Positions 27,022 through 38,203 are shown, counted from the first letter of the stretch. The stretch is DNA of 64,000 nt from Xylographa opegraphella (GCA_022813865.1 JALDZX010000010.1:186001-250000); one strand, 5' to 3'. The notes: generated from the letters alone by a model not told the origin. Translations and numbers: made by a program.

Positions 27022-27495
27022 TTAACTGGACGTTGAGCCTCTTGACAGTCTCTCCCTGAGCCAGTCCTTGCTTCTCTCTCCGACACCCCGATCACTTCCT
27101 CCACTCCCTCCAGAGCTGATACTGCCAGGCCTTTGCGTCGTTGTGGTTATCCTCCGCTCGTCTAATAGGTTCCCGACTCCACCCCTTCCGATGTGGTACA
27201 CTGGCGCCATGCCCTCCGAACCTCTCTGCACTCGCTCGAGCTCCTCGTCGAAGCTGAACATGGCTCGTTCCGAGGCCGGATATCTGTTGCCAGCTCCGCC
27301 GCGCCCGGTAGTGCATTGGCGCGATAGTGCAGACGGATGAGCGGATCCGGCTTTCGAGGTCGATCTGATTGGACTGGGTGGTGTGGACGAGGCTGCCGGC
27401 TGATAGCGGTGATAATTGCCTGCTCCGCCAATGCCGGTATGGACGTACTTTGTCGAGGGCACGGAAGGGTGGGGAGAGGTGACGTGCGTGGGCAT
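27022..27495 (-). CDS. DUF3602 / Par32-like protein with GRGGAGN repeats
   Basis: Three motifs: TGIGGAGNY, TGRGGAGNR, IGRGGVGNL, plus FSFDEELER. Start at ATG 27495 (MPTHVT). Confidence 0.85.
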   Translation of the reverse strand: MPTHVTSPHPSVPSTKYVHTGIGGAGNYHRYQPAASSTPPSPIRSTSKAGSAHPSALSRQCTTGRGGAGNRYPASERAMFSFDEELERVQRGSEGMAPVYHIGRGGVGNLLDERRITTTTQRPGSISSGGSGGSDRGVGERSKDWLRERLSRGSTSS

Positions 27496-27731
27496 GATCA
27501 CAGCTTGTGTGTGTTCTGGTGCTGGAGTGGCGATGGAGGAGGTCTCGGTGCTCGGGGGGTAGTGTTTTGATATATGTTCAGCAAGGAGGACTTTACAACA
27601 CAAAGACAACCTTCCTTCTAAAATGCAAGCTCACGATATGTGTTATCCAAAGCTACCTACCAGAACTACATATATATATATATATATTATATACACCCCG
27701 AACTTGGTACTTGGGATTACCCTTCCGGGAC

Positions 27732-27845
27732 GGGAGAGGGAGCAGGGCTGCTTTAGGGGGAGCACCGAGGGAGCACGGGGGGGGCCACTGAGGGAGCGAG
27801 GCGAAGCACTACGGGGCAGTGCAGGGGCGCAGCAGGTGGGAGCCT
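27732..27845 (+). repeat. Subterminal GGGAGC(A) repeat array, left end
   Basis: GGGAGC at 27738, 27758, 27769, 27792, 27838, with degenerate copies in between. Confidence 0.75.
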
Positions 27846-28499
27846 GAAATGGATCTCCCCTGTCTCGGCTTAAGCTGCCTCTATGCTTTTCTACTGCTTA
27901 GACTTCGCCACTTCCTATGGGATTCTATAGCCAAGCTAAAGAGATCGTAAGACGCCTTAACAAGCGAAAGCCTGGGCAGTTTTTTTCACCCGTTCTATAT
28001 CGTCGAGCCAATCTTACGTTAATCCAATCCTTAGTAAATCCTCGCATTGGACAGCCCCTTTCCAGCGGCCACGGTGAAAGACGAAGTCTGATTTACATGT
28101 CCATATAAATCAATGAGGTTTTGAAACGTCCACCGTGGATAATTAGGGCTTAAAATACCATGTTTGAACACAGCATTCTCAAGGTTTCTGACGAGAGATA
28201 GGTGAGAAAATGCTGAAAGTAGAAATCCGTTGGAGGAACATATGACTGCTTACGAGCTAATGGGGAGAGCAGCGTCAACTTTAGGATTTCGAAGTATGAA
28301 ACGTATGAGCCTGCACAGTAAAAGGCCGATAACCATCAAGTTTTTCGCAGAGCAGTGCGCTTTGTTCGGTTTATTATTTTAAGAGCGAAGAAAGTTCATC
28401 AAATCTGTAAACACAGTCTATTGCGACCTTGAGCCTGAACAAGTTAAGTTCAATGTTGCAGTTGGCTCTCGTGGAGTGGAGTAGAGGAAGCAGGGCAGT

Positions 28500-29508
28500 T
28501 GTCAATTGCTGGTCACAACTTCTCAGAGCTTTAGGTAAGATTAAGATTGTTATTAAACACGAGAAGAGGTCTCGTCTACCTGGGAAGTCTACCTAGTTAT
28601 ATAGGCATTGTTTTGGGGATCTGGTTTGGCGGTCCAGGGTGTTCATCTCCTGGGAATCCTGAGCATCCTGAACGCCAAGTCCTGGGACCCTGCCTTGCTC
28701 CTGGGAGCGTACTGGTCCTGGGAGACCGTTCTTGTGACCATTGTCCAGGAAACGGTTCCTGCTGTTATTTCACTAAGATTCATCATTATCTAGTATTTCG
28801 GGTGTCGGTGAAACTAGAAGAGATCCCGACGAAATGCCGCACCCACTGTAACGGCGTGTTACATCGCACCTCGGCAATGGAGAGGCGGAAGGGGACTAGA
28901 GCGCATCAGGGGTTCAGGCTAGTATAAAAGTAGTTAGGAGTCTTGGCGCTGAGTTTGTGTCAGCGAGAAAGGCTGACTAAGCAAATAGTAACCTTAAGTA
29001 GCGGAAGCTTAAAACCTTGAACCAGTAGAATAACCAATCAGTGAATAATTGTAGATTGAATGATTGATATTCTAAGATGGGGTTTAAGCCTCCGTCGATG
29101 GGCACTTGATGTGGTCTTTTTCGGCATGATGGGGAAAGAAGCTGCTGGAATTCTTTCGGAGCAAGAATCTGGCGGGGGGAGCTAGTGTTAAGGTTCGGCC
29201 AGTACCGTGGGACACGGGATCGGTAGAACCCTATACCGGCTGACTCCTGTGCCTCGTTAGGAGGCAACGGAGGCATACTAAGGAACAGGACTTCTATATA
29301 GAGTGGAGGATTTCCTTTGTTATGGGAGGCGTGTTCAACTCCTGTTATGATCTAGCTTATAGAATAAGAACCTTCAATACAACTCTGTACGAAAACTGTT
29401 ATCTCTTTAAGAACGATAAGCCTGTTACTGTGCCTTCCTATTCATTCATTGACGAATCCAACCCAGATCCTTGATCAAGCTGTACCAGTGATATTCAGGA
29501 TCGTAACA
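28500..29508. mobile_element. Nested LTR fragments
   Basis: An LTR start at 28847 (TGTAACGGCGTGTTACA..GGGACTA..CAGGCTAG) is similar to the LTR at 33316. A second short LTR-like piece TGTTATGATC..GATCGTAACA lies at 29343-29508. A possible reverse LTR end is at 28500. No clean TSDs. Confidence 0.55.
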
Positions 29509-29821
29509 CTAATTTAAACAGCGTAAAAGCTTCGCACTAATCTATCTAATTTCCGTCTTCAATATGAACTGAATCGAATAAGTAGTTATTGCACAATGGT
29601 AATCGATAGTGAGGTGAGTTTTGGGGTGGGGGGGTGTGCATGGAGTGAGGCCATGCACGGACCCGTGAGGTCTTCTATTCCTGCGTTTCACGTGCGCGGA
29701 ATATTTCCATGGTTCTAACAACCTCTAGAGCAAAACCCTGAATTGCGTCGAATTCACAGCTGGGAAGTCTTGTCGACTTGCGCAGGCAGAACCAGGATAC
29801 AATTCTCTAGCCGCTATCACT

Positions 29822-32328
29822 ATGTCGGCTTTCGATATCATTTCCACGCTGAACATTATCGTCAATCTGGGTCTCGACATCAAAGCCCGGTTTGAGTCGT
29901 TGAATCAAGCTGCCGAAGAGATTAACCTGTTAAACACCAAACTTCGCCTTTTGTGCAAGCTCTTTGAGGATCACGGGAATGATGACATAATTACGACCTA
30001 TGTATCAGAGATTGCGATGATCGTGGATATCGTGCAGAGCATTGCACAATCGTATACAAAATGTGCAAAGGCCCTAGGCGTCGAAATCCCTGCGACGAAC
30101 ACTGCGACTTCAAAGCCAGAGGCACGTGGCAAGAAATATGTCAAGCGATTATGGGCTTTCTACAAGATTCCTGATCTTCTCGATGAGATTCAACGCAAGG
30201 CGGAACAACTTGAAAAGGTATATGGCGCAGTGTCTATTATGCTTCTCTACGACATTAGGACGCGACAGAGACGGTCGAGCGAGAGTGGAATCATTGAATC
30301 TAACCCCGTCCCAAAAATTTCAACTATACATGAACACTTGCTCGAGGTGGGCCTCAGCACGGAATTTGCAAGCATCGACCTGATGGTGGGAAACCTCATG
30401 AAGGAATGCAAACTCCTTCGACAACGACTGCAAGAGGTCACTCTATATCCCGACACTTCGGCCGTTGAGGATTATCAAGAGCAGCATCCAGAAGGAGCGT
30501 CGTTCTGGAGGGATCGATTCCAGAAGGACGAACTTTGCGCCTCTACTCTTCGCTATGAGGTAAGGAGCTCAAGTTTTCTTACTGTCTTCCCTTCCTGAAT
30601 TCCAATATAGCTGCATCGTAAGATATTGACACGTTATTGATTGACAGACGCTGTACGTTTCTTGGGCACGCTTTGTACATGAGATTGAAACGTCTTTTGT
30701 TCTCAAAAAAGTACCAACTGGGAATTTTGACCCCAGAAATATCAATCTCGTTCGCAAGCAAGGATCCCGCTATCGTATCGATCAAAACGGCATGCGTTGT
30801 CTTTCCACCATCCGGCCTCTCTGGCTTCCTGCTCTCCGATCTGCTCTTGATCCGCTGCACAAGGGCTATGTCAAGCCTCGAAACTTCTTCAGTGTCCTTC
30901 ACGACTCCTCCCTGTCTGATACACTAAGAAGAATAACCCTCGAATCCGCAGGCTATGGTATACTTGTCGAATGTGAAAGGGCATCGGGGGATCTTCCGTT
31001 GCCGGCGGTATTTGAGTCCCCTTCCGATCACGTCGGCTGGACCTCTGCCCAAATCGTGGCCGTTCCAACATCTAATGAACTTGGAATCTTTACCGAACGA
31101 GACTCCATAGGCTCAAGCAGTGAACTCCTCTTCACTTACTTCAAAGATACCATTCAAGACGTTCACGTTTACGTACGCTATCTTGAGACTGGTCAAATCG
31201 AGCGTAAAAGTCTTTCGAAGCAAATTCGTCCGATCGGGGGCATTTCTATCGGCGCTCCATTGTCTATTCGACATGAGCTAAAATCAGGTGGCCATGCTTG
31301 GAGCTGCGACCTTCACATCACCGAGTTCAAGGCATGTTACGGGGGGCAGTACATCATCACGACGGGTGTATGTTCGAGTGCTATTGAGTTTTCCACGAGA
31401 CCTCTTAAGAATTCCTTTGACTGGATATTACGCGACGACGATAATTTCTCCTTTTCTACAGCATTGAAGTTTGACTATAACCTTTTGGGGCCGTCGAAGG
31501 TATTTACCGACCCACCTAAAATTGGCGAAAAGGTTCAGGTATGTATTATTCTGCTAGAAAACTATGCGATACATCTATCGAGGTGCGGTTCTTATTCTGT
31601 GGTTTAACCAGATTGAGTTCGACGGATTTTGGTACGATGCGAGAGTCACGGCGGTGGACGGCGATGAGATAGAGTATTTCGATTGGGACGTTCCAACTAA
31701 TACGACAGAAGCTCTGGACGATAGTCAAGGGGATGAGAATGATAGCGGCAGCCTCTTCTTTCCCGAAGAGCAGTTGATAAAGCTCGGCAAGGGCTCGCGG
31801 CGACTGTGGCGACCATGGCGAAGAAACGTACAAAGGTACGACGTCCGACCTTATCGTTGCTTCCATATCGGCGACTCTATTGAAGCACCCGTCATGTACC
31901 CGGATTTCCGATTCCATTACCATACTATTGACACTTCGCATCTTTACCTTCCTGCTCGAATCGTCGACGTCCAAGGCGACAAGTATGTCATCCGATTCAG
32001 TCCGGCGCTTTCGGCTCACGGGTGGTGGCCCGGGAGGATGCCGAAGGGTCAGCCAATAAACCTCGTGCCAGGATTAGACATAAGGGTCGAAAACCCATTC
32101 GACTTTGATCGAGTAACGGTAGACATGGATCGGGTCCGCCCTTTCTCTGCGGGGCCACGACCGGTTCTGGGGGTCCAATCAATTAAGCCGTCTGGGTGGA
32201 GTTTGTTTCAGGGCGTTCATCTCGGCAATCTTGAGGATCTTTTAGAGCGGAGTCTCTGGAGAAACAACCACGATCCTAAGAGAACAGGTGGACAGAGGAA
32301 CCAGAGCCTATTCGTCAATGAGGAATAA
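29822..32328 (+). CDS. 781-aa multidomain protein: HeLo/MLKL-like helical N-terminus, Cbl-like EF-hand, two Tudor/Agenet-like domains
   Basis: Exons 29822-30559, 30648-31538, 31612-32328 splice in frame (GTAAGG..ACAG; GTATGT..CCAG) with no stops. Domain calls are by motif resemblance only. Confidence 0.8.
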
Positions 32329-33315
32329 CTGTATCGTATTGTCTCAGCAGGACATCGGAGCGGCAAGTATATTGGATTTGGGAAGGATGTTAGTAGGCGA
32401 AGCCGCGGAAGAACGAGGCAAAGCGCATATCTATCGGGCTTGGTATGTTACGGGTTGTACGTTGGAATGTGACGCAAAACTTAGGACCGAGATTATCTGT
32501 GAATTTCTGACTAACGAGCCTTCTCCATAGGAGAGTGTCACAATTTATGCTGTTGTACCAGGTGAGAATACTTCCTTACTATACTTGCTCGTGGGTCAGT
32601 GTAATAAAGTGATGTTCTCTTTTACCAGTGTTGGAGGGTTCTAAGGTTCCAAGGAAACTCTGAATGCGCGAACGCTCTTAGTGGAAAATGAGACTCAACT
32701 GTAAATGAGGATGATTTGATGTCAATAGCATTCACTTGTGCGATAAGTCTAAAGACTTAGGATCTATCTGAGGGTGTTGGTCCTAGCTGGTACTTATAGA
32801 CCAATTTTTGTAAGATTGAGTATAATCCTCCTCTTTTATGTAGAGAATATCGTGGTCTCTATATACCAATGTGATCGATGTGATCGTAATATTCTGTTGT
32901 GATCTGGTTCCTATACTCACCTGGTACGGGATACGTCTCACATAAAACTGTTTCGAAGGATATCAAATACGGTGTTATAAGGTATGAAAGTAGTATTGAC
33001 TATGAAATAGCTAAAACCATATAGCAAGGTTCATAAGGGAGATTGACTACGAGAATCTTATCTAAACTGTGGTAACGAGCGTCTTTATATAGACTCAGAA
33101 CTCTACGAATAGTGCTGATCCCCAAGTAGTAGTAGTATTAGTAGTAGTAGTATTAGTAGTAGTAGTATTAGTAGTAGTAGTATTAGTAGTAGTAGTAATA
33201 ATAGTAATAGTTCCTTATTCATTAGCTGACCCAGCCGCGGAAATCGCTGGCTAAGCAGTTCTTACTAGTCAGACTTCGGCGCCTAAGGCATCCAAGAACC
33301 TCGCCCGATGTAAAG

Positions 33316-33547
33316 TGTAACGGCGTGTTACATGGCACCTTAACAAGTGATAGACTGAACGGGACTAAAGCGCGTCCGGGACTCAGGCTAGNNNNNNNNN
33401 NNNNNNNNNNNNNNNNNNNNNNNNNNNNNNNNNNNNNNNTCTACGTGTATTACTAAACTTGCTTCCTTGTATTATTCTAGGTTGAAATCGCTCACCTATA
33501 GCTGAGGTTCTAGGCCTGCTTTTCTGGTGAGATAGCGAGCCGTAACA
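33316..33547. mobile_element. LTR insertion (solo LTR, or element collapsed in the N gap) inside the LINE 3' region
   Basis: Termini TGTAACGG...CCGTAACA, 5-bp TSD TAAAG at 33311-33315 and 33548-33552, N gap inside. Confidence 0.88.
33393..33439. other. Assembly gap (N run)
   Basis: Run of 47 Ns. Confidence 1.
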
Positions 33548-34549
33548 TAAAGTACTTTAAATCCACTATTGCCAGCAATGGGCTAATTTAGTTCTTGTTT
33601 TTCCCCTATCTAAAGTTGGCGTGTGCCGGATATTGTAACTTCTACCCCTAGTAATAGGAGGCACTAGGCCTATTGTACCGGGTGGTTACTTCTAAATTGC
33701 CCCAGAAGCCCCGTTCCCCATATAAATTTGGCCGGGTTTACTGCATATTTTGGGACCGTGAATAATATGCGGAGGCCTATGACCTTCCGTGATTTATGGT
33801 GAATGCCAAATCTATATTCTCACTCTGTTGTCCACATCCTCTCCATTGCTTCCCTGAAATTCCTGCAGCTTATGAGAATATGTGGCACCGTCTGCCCCCC
33901 CTGTCCGCACGAACATTGAGGGCCTTCGAAACCTGAAACCTTTTTCCGTGCAGAAAATCTCTCAATCCGATTTTGCCTGTTCGCAGTTGGATGACGACAG
34001 AGCTTATCAACCGGTGGGTAGCCTTATGTAAGAACCTTCTTCGTTGATTCCGGCGTGAATCGACGTAGGTGGGATCCTCTCGTTTCGTTTCGCCAGACTT
34101 ATCCATTTCTTTTTTATAGTGTCTCGAACCACGGTGTTTATCGCGGCTGTTTGTGGGTGAAGGTAATCGGGATGTTCTACCTCCTCTGACGGGGATGTAT
34201 ACGATTGTCTTGGTCTCCATCTGCGGCCTCTTTTACGGCTTTGTCGGCTTCCTCATTTCCAAGTATGCCTGTGTGAGCTGGAATCCAATGGAGTTGAATG
34301 TTCCACCCCGATTCCCTGAGTGGCTTCGACATCGTGAAGGCTCTTTCGATCAGATATTGCCCTGATGATTGTCTTGGGTAGACTATCGCCTTAATTGCCA
34401 TGCTGATCCCCTGCTGATCGTTTCAGATTAGTAACCAAGCCGCATCACGTGATATATCCCTCGGCTACTTTCCTCCGTATATATGAGTTGTTTTTAGTAG
34501 CAGTCCTCGCCCTCATACATCTCCTTGCCCATCCTCTGTATCCGATTCC

Positions 34550-36083
34550 ATGGAAAGCTGGCTGAAAGAATCTGGAGCGGTTGGCCTGAACGACTTGGAG
34601 CTCGCCAATTTTCAGGTCACCGGGCGTGGTGTTAGATCACTGCAGTATTTTAAGGAAGGAGAGAGGGTTCTAACCATTCCATTTGGCATTCTCTGGACAG
34701 TCGAACATGCATACGCTGATTCCCTTCTGGGGCCAGCCCTTCTCTCTGCGCAGCCGCCCTTGACTGTCGAAGACACCTTGGCGACATATATCCTCTTCGT
34801 CCGATCACGCAAGTCGGGATACAATGGCCTGCGAAGCCATGTGGCGGCCTTACCTACGAGCTACTCTTCAAGCATCTTTTTTACCGAGAACGAGTTGGAA
34901 GTCTGCGCTGGGACCTCACTGTACACCATAACGAAGCAGCTAAAGCGACAGATTGAGGAGGACTACGCGGGATTGGTCGCGCGAATTTTTGGACAGTATC
35001 AAGATCTTTTTCTCCTCGACCAAATCACTATCGAAGATGTAGGTGTTACATGTATGATGGATGTTACGAATCAAATGCTAACCTGTATTTCCCTTACTTT
35101 TAGTATAAGTGGGCTCTCTCCACTGTATGGAGTCGTGGGATGGATTTTGTGCTGCCGGATGGAAATTCGATTCGATTGTTGGCACCCTTCGCGGACATGT
35201 TTAACCACTCTTCTGAGGTTAAGCAGTGTCACGTCTACGATCCGTCGTCCGGAAATCTCTCTGTCCTTGCGGGGAAAGACTACAAAGTCGGAGATCAGGT
35301 ATGTTCTTTTTGTTCTCTGACAGTACTAGATTTGTGGTTGTAACATGGGACATATTCTTTCAGGTTTTTATCAATTATGGTCCCCTTCCGAATAGCCGCC
35401 TTTTACGTCTCTATGGCTTCGTCTTATCGAGTAATCCCAACGACAGCTATGATATCGTCCTTTCAACGCACCCCACGGCCCCTTTTTGGGAGCAGAAGCA
35501 AAAGCTCTGGATAACGGCTGGACTGGATTCGACCTGTACCATCTCCCTCACTCTTACCGATCCGCTACCGAAAAATGTCCTTCGATATCTCCGTATTCAG
35601 CGATTGGACGAATCAGATCTCTCCGTCATACAAGTCGACGCTACGGATGGAATAATTAACGAATCGAATGAGGTGGAAGTTTTGCAGTATTTAGTGGACT
35701 CATTCTGTGGTCTTCTGGAAAATTTCGGAATTCAACTAGAAATGCTAGAAGAACAACTCGCAGCGAGCGTCTACCCTCCGGGAGAGAACGCATGGGCCGC
35801 GGCGCATGTCAGCTTGGGCCAACAGCGGGTGTTGAGATTGGCGAGGAAGAAAGCGGAGGATCTATTAGCGGTGGCAGAGAGCGAACGTGCGAGAAGGGGA
35901 GATTTGTCGCCATTGGCACGATGCGCGAATTGCGACAAGGTTTCTGGGCCTTTCATGCTATGTGGGAGGTGCAAAGCGGTGATTTATTGTACGCGGACGT
36001 GTCAGGTCGCTCATTACAAAGAGCACAAGGTCGTATGTCGAGTCATAAGTACAGCTTCAACGAATGGTTCGGAGATAAAATAG
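34550..36083 (+). CDS. SET-domain protein lysine methyltransferase (Rubisco-LSMT/SETD6-like) with C-terminal MYND zinc finger, 467 aa
   Basis: Exons 34550-35038, 35104-35298, 35364-36083. GRGVRS, WALSTVWSR, LAPFADMFNH, GDQ|VFINYG..NSRLLRLYGF; MYND CANC..CGRCKAVIYCTRTCQVAHYKEHKVVC. Reading frame intact. Confidence 0.92.
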
Positions 36084-36529
36084 AAAGATCTTCGACCAAT
36101 CCACTTTTTGTGCCACCCGTCTTCAACTGTCCCTGAAACAGCTTTTGCGGCCCTGCATTGGCAGGATTTTGTTTTGGCATTGCGAACTTCTTCTGGCCTG
36201 TATATTGTCGAGACCTGTAATACTAAGATTATCAAGAGTGCAATTGCCAGGATATTTCTCTCCAGCCTCTATCTCCCGGCAGTTCCATCCTCAACACTAA
36301 GACGAGTTTCCCGGGCGGTAATGGCTTTGATACCACATGCATACTCTCCGTGTCACGACTGGTAATGCGTCTTTCCTTGCGTCCTGTTTTCTTTCACGCG
36401 CTGTCTCAACTCCTGTTGTGGAAATCGTAAGCCCGGATCCGAGAAAGGCGCCTTCTCTCATCCTCAGCGCTATGTCGATCTCTCTACCCTAATTCCTTCG
36501 ACGTACGCCTGTTCCTGCCCTTAGAGCCG

Positions 36530-36858
36530 CCCTCTATGCTACGCGAACTCGCTTTGCAGCTTTAGAGCCGATTTTTCGTGCAGCATTTGATTACGGACTT
36601 GTCTATCCGTGGCGAGCATTAGTAACATTTGCGCCGGAAAAGGTATTCAGCGATTTGATCGAGGCGATGTTGGGTGCGATACACATTGATACGAACGGAG
36701 ACTTAAAGGCTTATATCGCTATTTTGCGGAGGTTCGGAATGCTGGAGTGGGTGGAAACGGCGTTGAAGAACAACGTTCAGATCCGGCATCCGAAGGAAGA
36801 GGTCGGCCGTCTCGCCGGGAATAAAAAGGTAAGATATCATGTGTGGACAGTGAAGTAA
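36530..36858 (+). pseudogene. Fragment of Dicer-like 2 (end of RNase IIIb into dsRBD)
   Basis: YPWRALVTFAPEKVFSDLIEAMLGAIHIDTNG..RRFGML..HPKEEVGRLAG..VRY matches the fungal DCL2 C-terminus. The rest of the gene is absent. Confidence 0.75.
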
Positions 36859-36859
36859 C

Positions 36860-37794
36860 CTTTTATGCGGTGTTTCCGAAAAGCCTTTTGCGTCTTTTAT
36901 AAGTCGCACACCAATTTCCGCCTCTCCCTTTTCATTCTTGAAGATAACGAAGTCGATTGTCTGCTCGCAGCGTAAGCACGATGCTCGACTACTTTCTTGG
37001 TCGGCAGTGCTTTGTAGGATCAGTCCACTCACCTCATATAGTAGTCCACGGCCGGAGCCTCTGCGCATATTCGATTCAAAATACTCGCCTACTCGCGCCA
37101 ACGAATAGATGAAAAGCATATAGACAGCGTAATCCTGGAGGAGGATCCTCCCATGTCTGTATTGATGCCAATCCTTCATCTACATATGTTTGATCACGAT
37201 AACGAAGTGGTTCACTGTCGTGAAGTGCCGAGTTCGCCGAGTCGTTGAAAGGTTGAACTTCTTGCGTAGCTCGGTTTGTATGTACTAGTAAGATCATCAG
37301 CCCCGGCAAGTAGAGAGGAAGAGCAAGTCGGAGATCGGGTACGAAGAAAAGAAGGTAGACTCCGACACGTCAGGAGGAATCTTGTCGTTGCCAGGCCGCC
37401 GTTTCCAACCGGCGCCAAAGTTTGTCCATTTCTGAAGCATATAATACATAGATGGTTCCTTCTCACCGGCGCAGCAGCCGCGCACAACACCCTTCATAAA
37501 GTGCTTTGTCGTTTTCAAATGGTGGGGGCTTGCGCCAGGATTTCTCCTCCCATATCTGTTCCAGTAAAACGAGACATAGTTAGTAAGTATTTTATAGGAC
37601 TTCGTAACAACAGGGAGAGACGTGGAGACCTACTCGTCCCAAATGACCAACATTCGGTTATAGTTTACTTCAGTACAGGACTCGATATGCTTAGAGACCG
37701 TATCGCCATCGATATCGGCGTTGTTCAGAGACTCATGGCCATTTGATTCCGCATCATCGAAGAACTACGCCGCAGTCTTCTTATTCTTCACCAT
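36860..37794 (-). pseudogene. Truncated DUF3435 tyrosine recombinase (Starship captain) pseudogene
   Basis: Spliced reading MVKNKKTAA*FFDD..NYNRMLVIWDE|Y..KHFMKGV..QKWTNFGAGWKR..IPPDV..RRTRHF..KHM*MKDW..IYSLARVGEYFESNMRRGSGRGLLYE..FVIFKNEKGEAE..KDAKG. Two TAG stops; C-terminal half missing. Confidence 0.78.
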
Positions 37795-38127
37795 TGGAGA
37801 CTAGGTAAAGGGGGGGATTGTAGCTAGACAGAACTACCCTGGCCACTAAGGCGTATACAGCGAAGAGAGAAAGAGAGAGAGAGATGAGAGTGGATATTAG
37901 ATAACAACGTATATAGTGACGCGTTTGGTACACTGACGGGTTACTGCAGGACGTAGGTGACCAGAAGTGAAGGAAAAGAGCGAGAGGGCAAGAGCAGAAG
38001 ATAACATGGTGGGCGGTCGGTAGAGCCATAACCGGCTCCTCTCTGATCAGCATCCAAAACAGGCTGACCTGACGCTCTCGCCTAAAGTTGTAAAAAATCA
38101 TTACCAGCTAAAGAGAAGGAAGTGGCT

Positions 38128-38203
38128 GAGGGGGAGCACGGGGGAGCGGCGAGGGAGCATTGGGGAGCAGAGGGAGAGTATATCGACGTTAGCGGGGGAG
38201 CAA
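38128..38203 (+). repeat. Subterminal GGGAGC(A) repeat array, right end
   Basis: GGGAGC at 38132, 38142, 38153, 38163, 38196 and GGGAGA at 38172. Confidence 0.8.

Larger units (their letters stand above)
33124..34400 (-). mobile_element. 5'-truncated Tad1/MGL-like LINE with (TAC)n tail and 11-bp TSD
   Basis: RNase H motif IQLHWIPAHTGILGNEEADKAVKEAA and C-terminal VVIQLRTGKIGLRDFLH. (TAG)n tract at ~33125-33210 on plus. TSD TGCTGATCCCC at 33113-33123 and 34401-34411. Confidence 0.88.

Noticed and set aside
11258..27495. Glutamine synthetase plus Par32-like gene as a nitrogen cluster
   Set aside because: They are 14 kb apart with unrelated genes between; likely coincidence.
27850..28500. Possible transposase or captain at the left end of the island
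   Set aside because: No recognisable motifs in the frames examined; the captain relic is at the right end.
33125..33210. (TAG)n tract as an independent microsatellite or telomere-like repeat
   Set aside because: Explained as the LINE 3' (TAC)n tail adjacent to its TSD.
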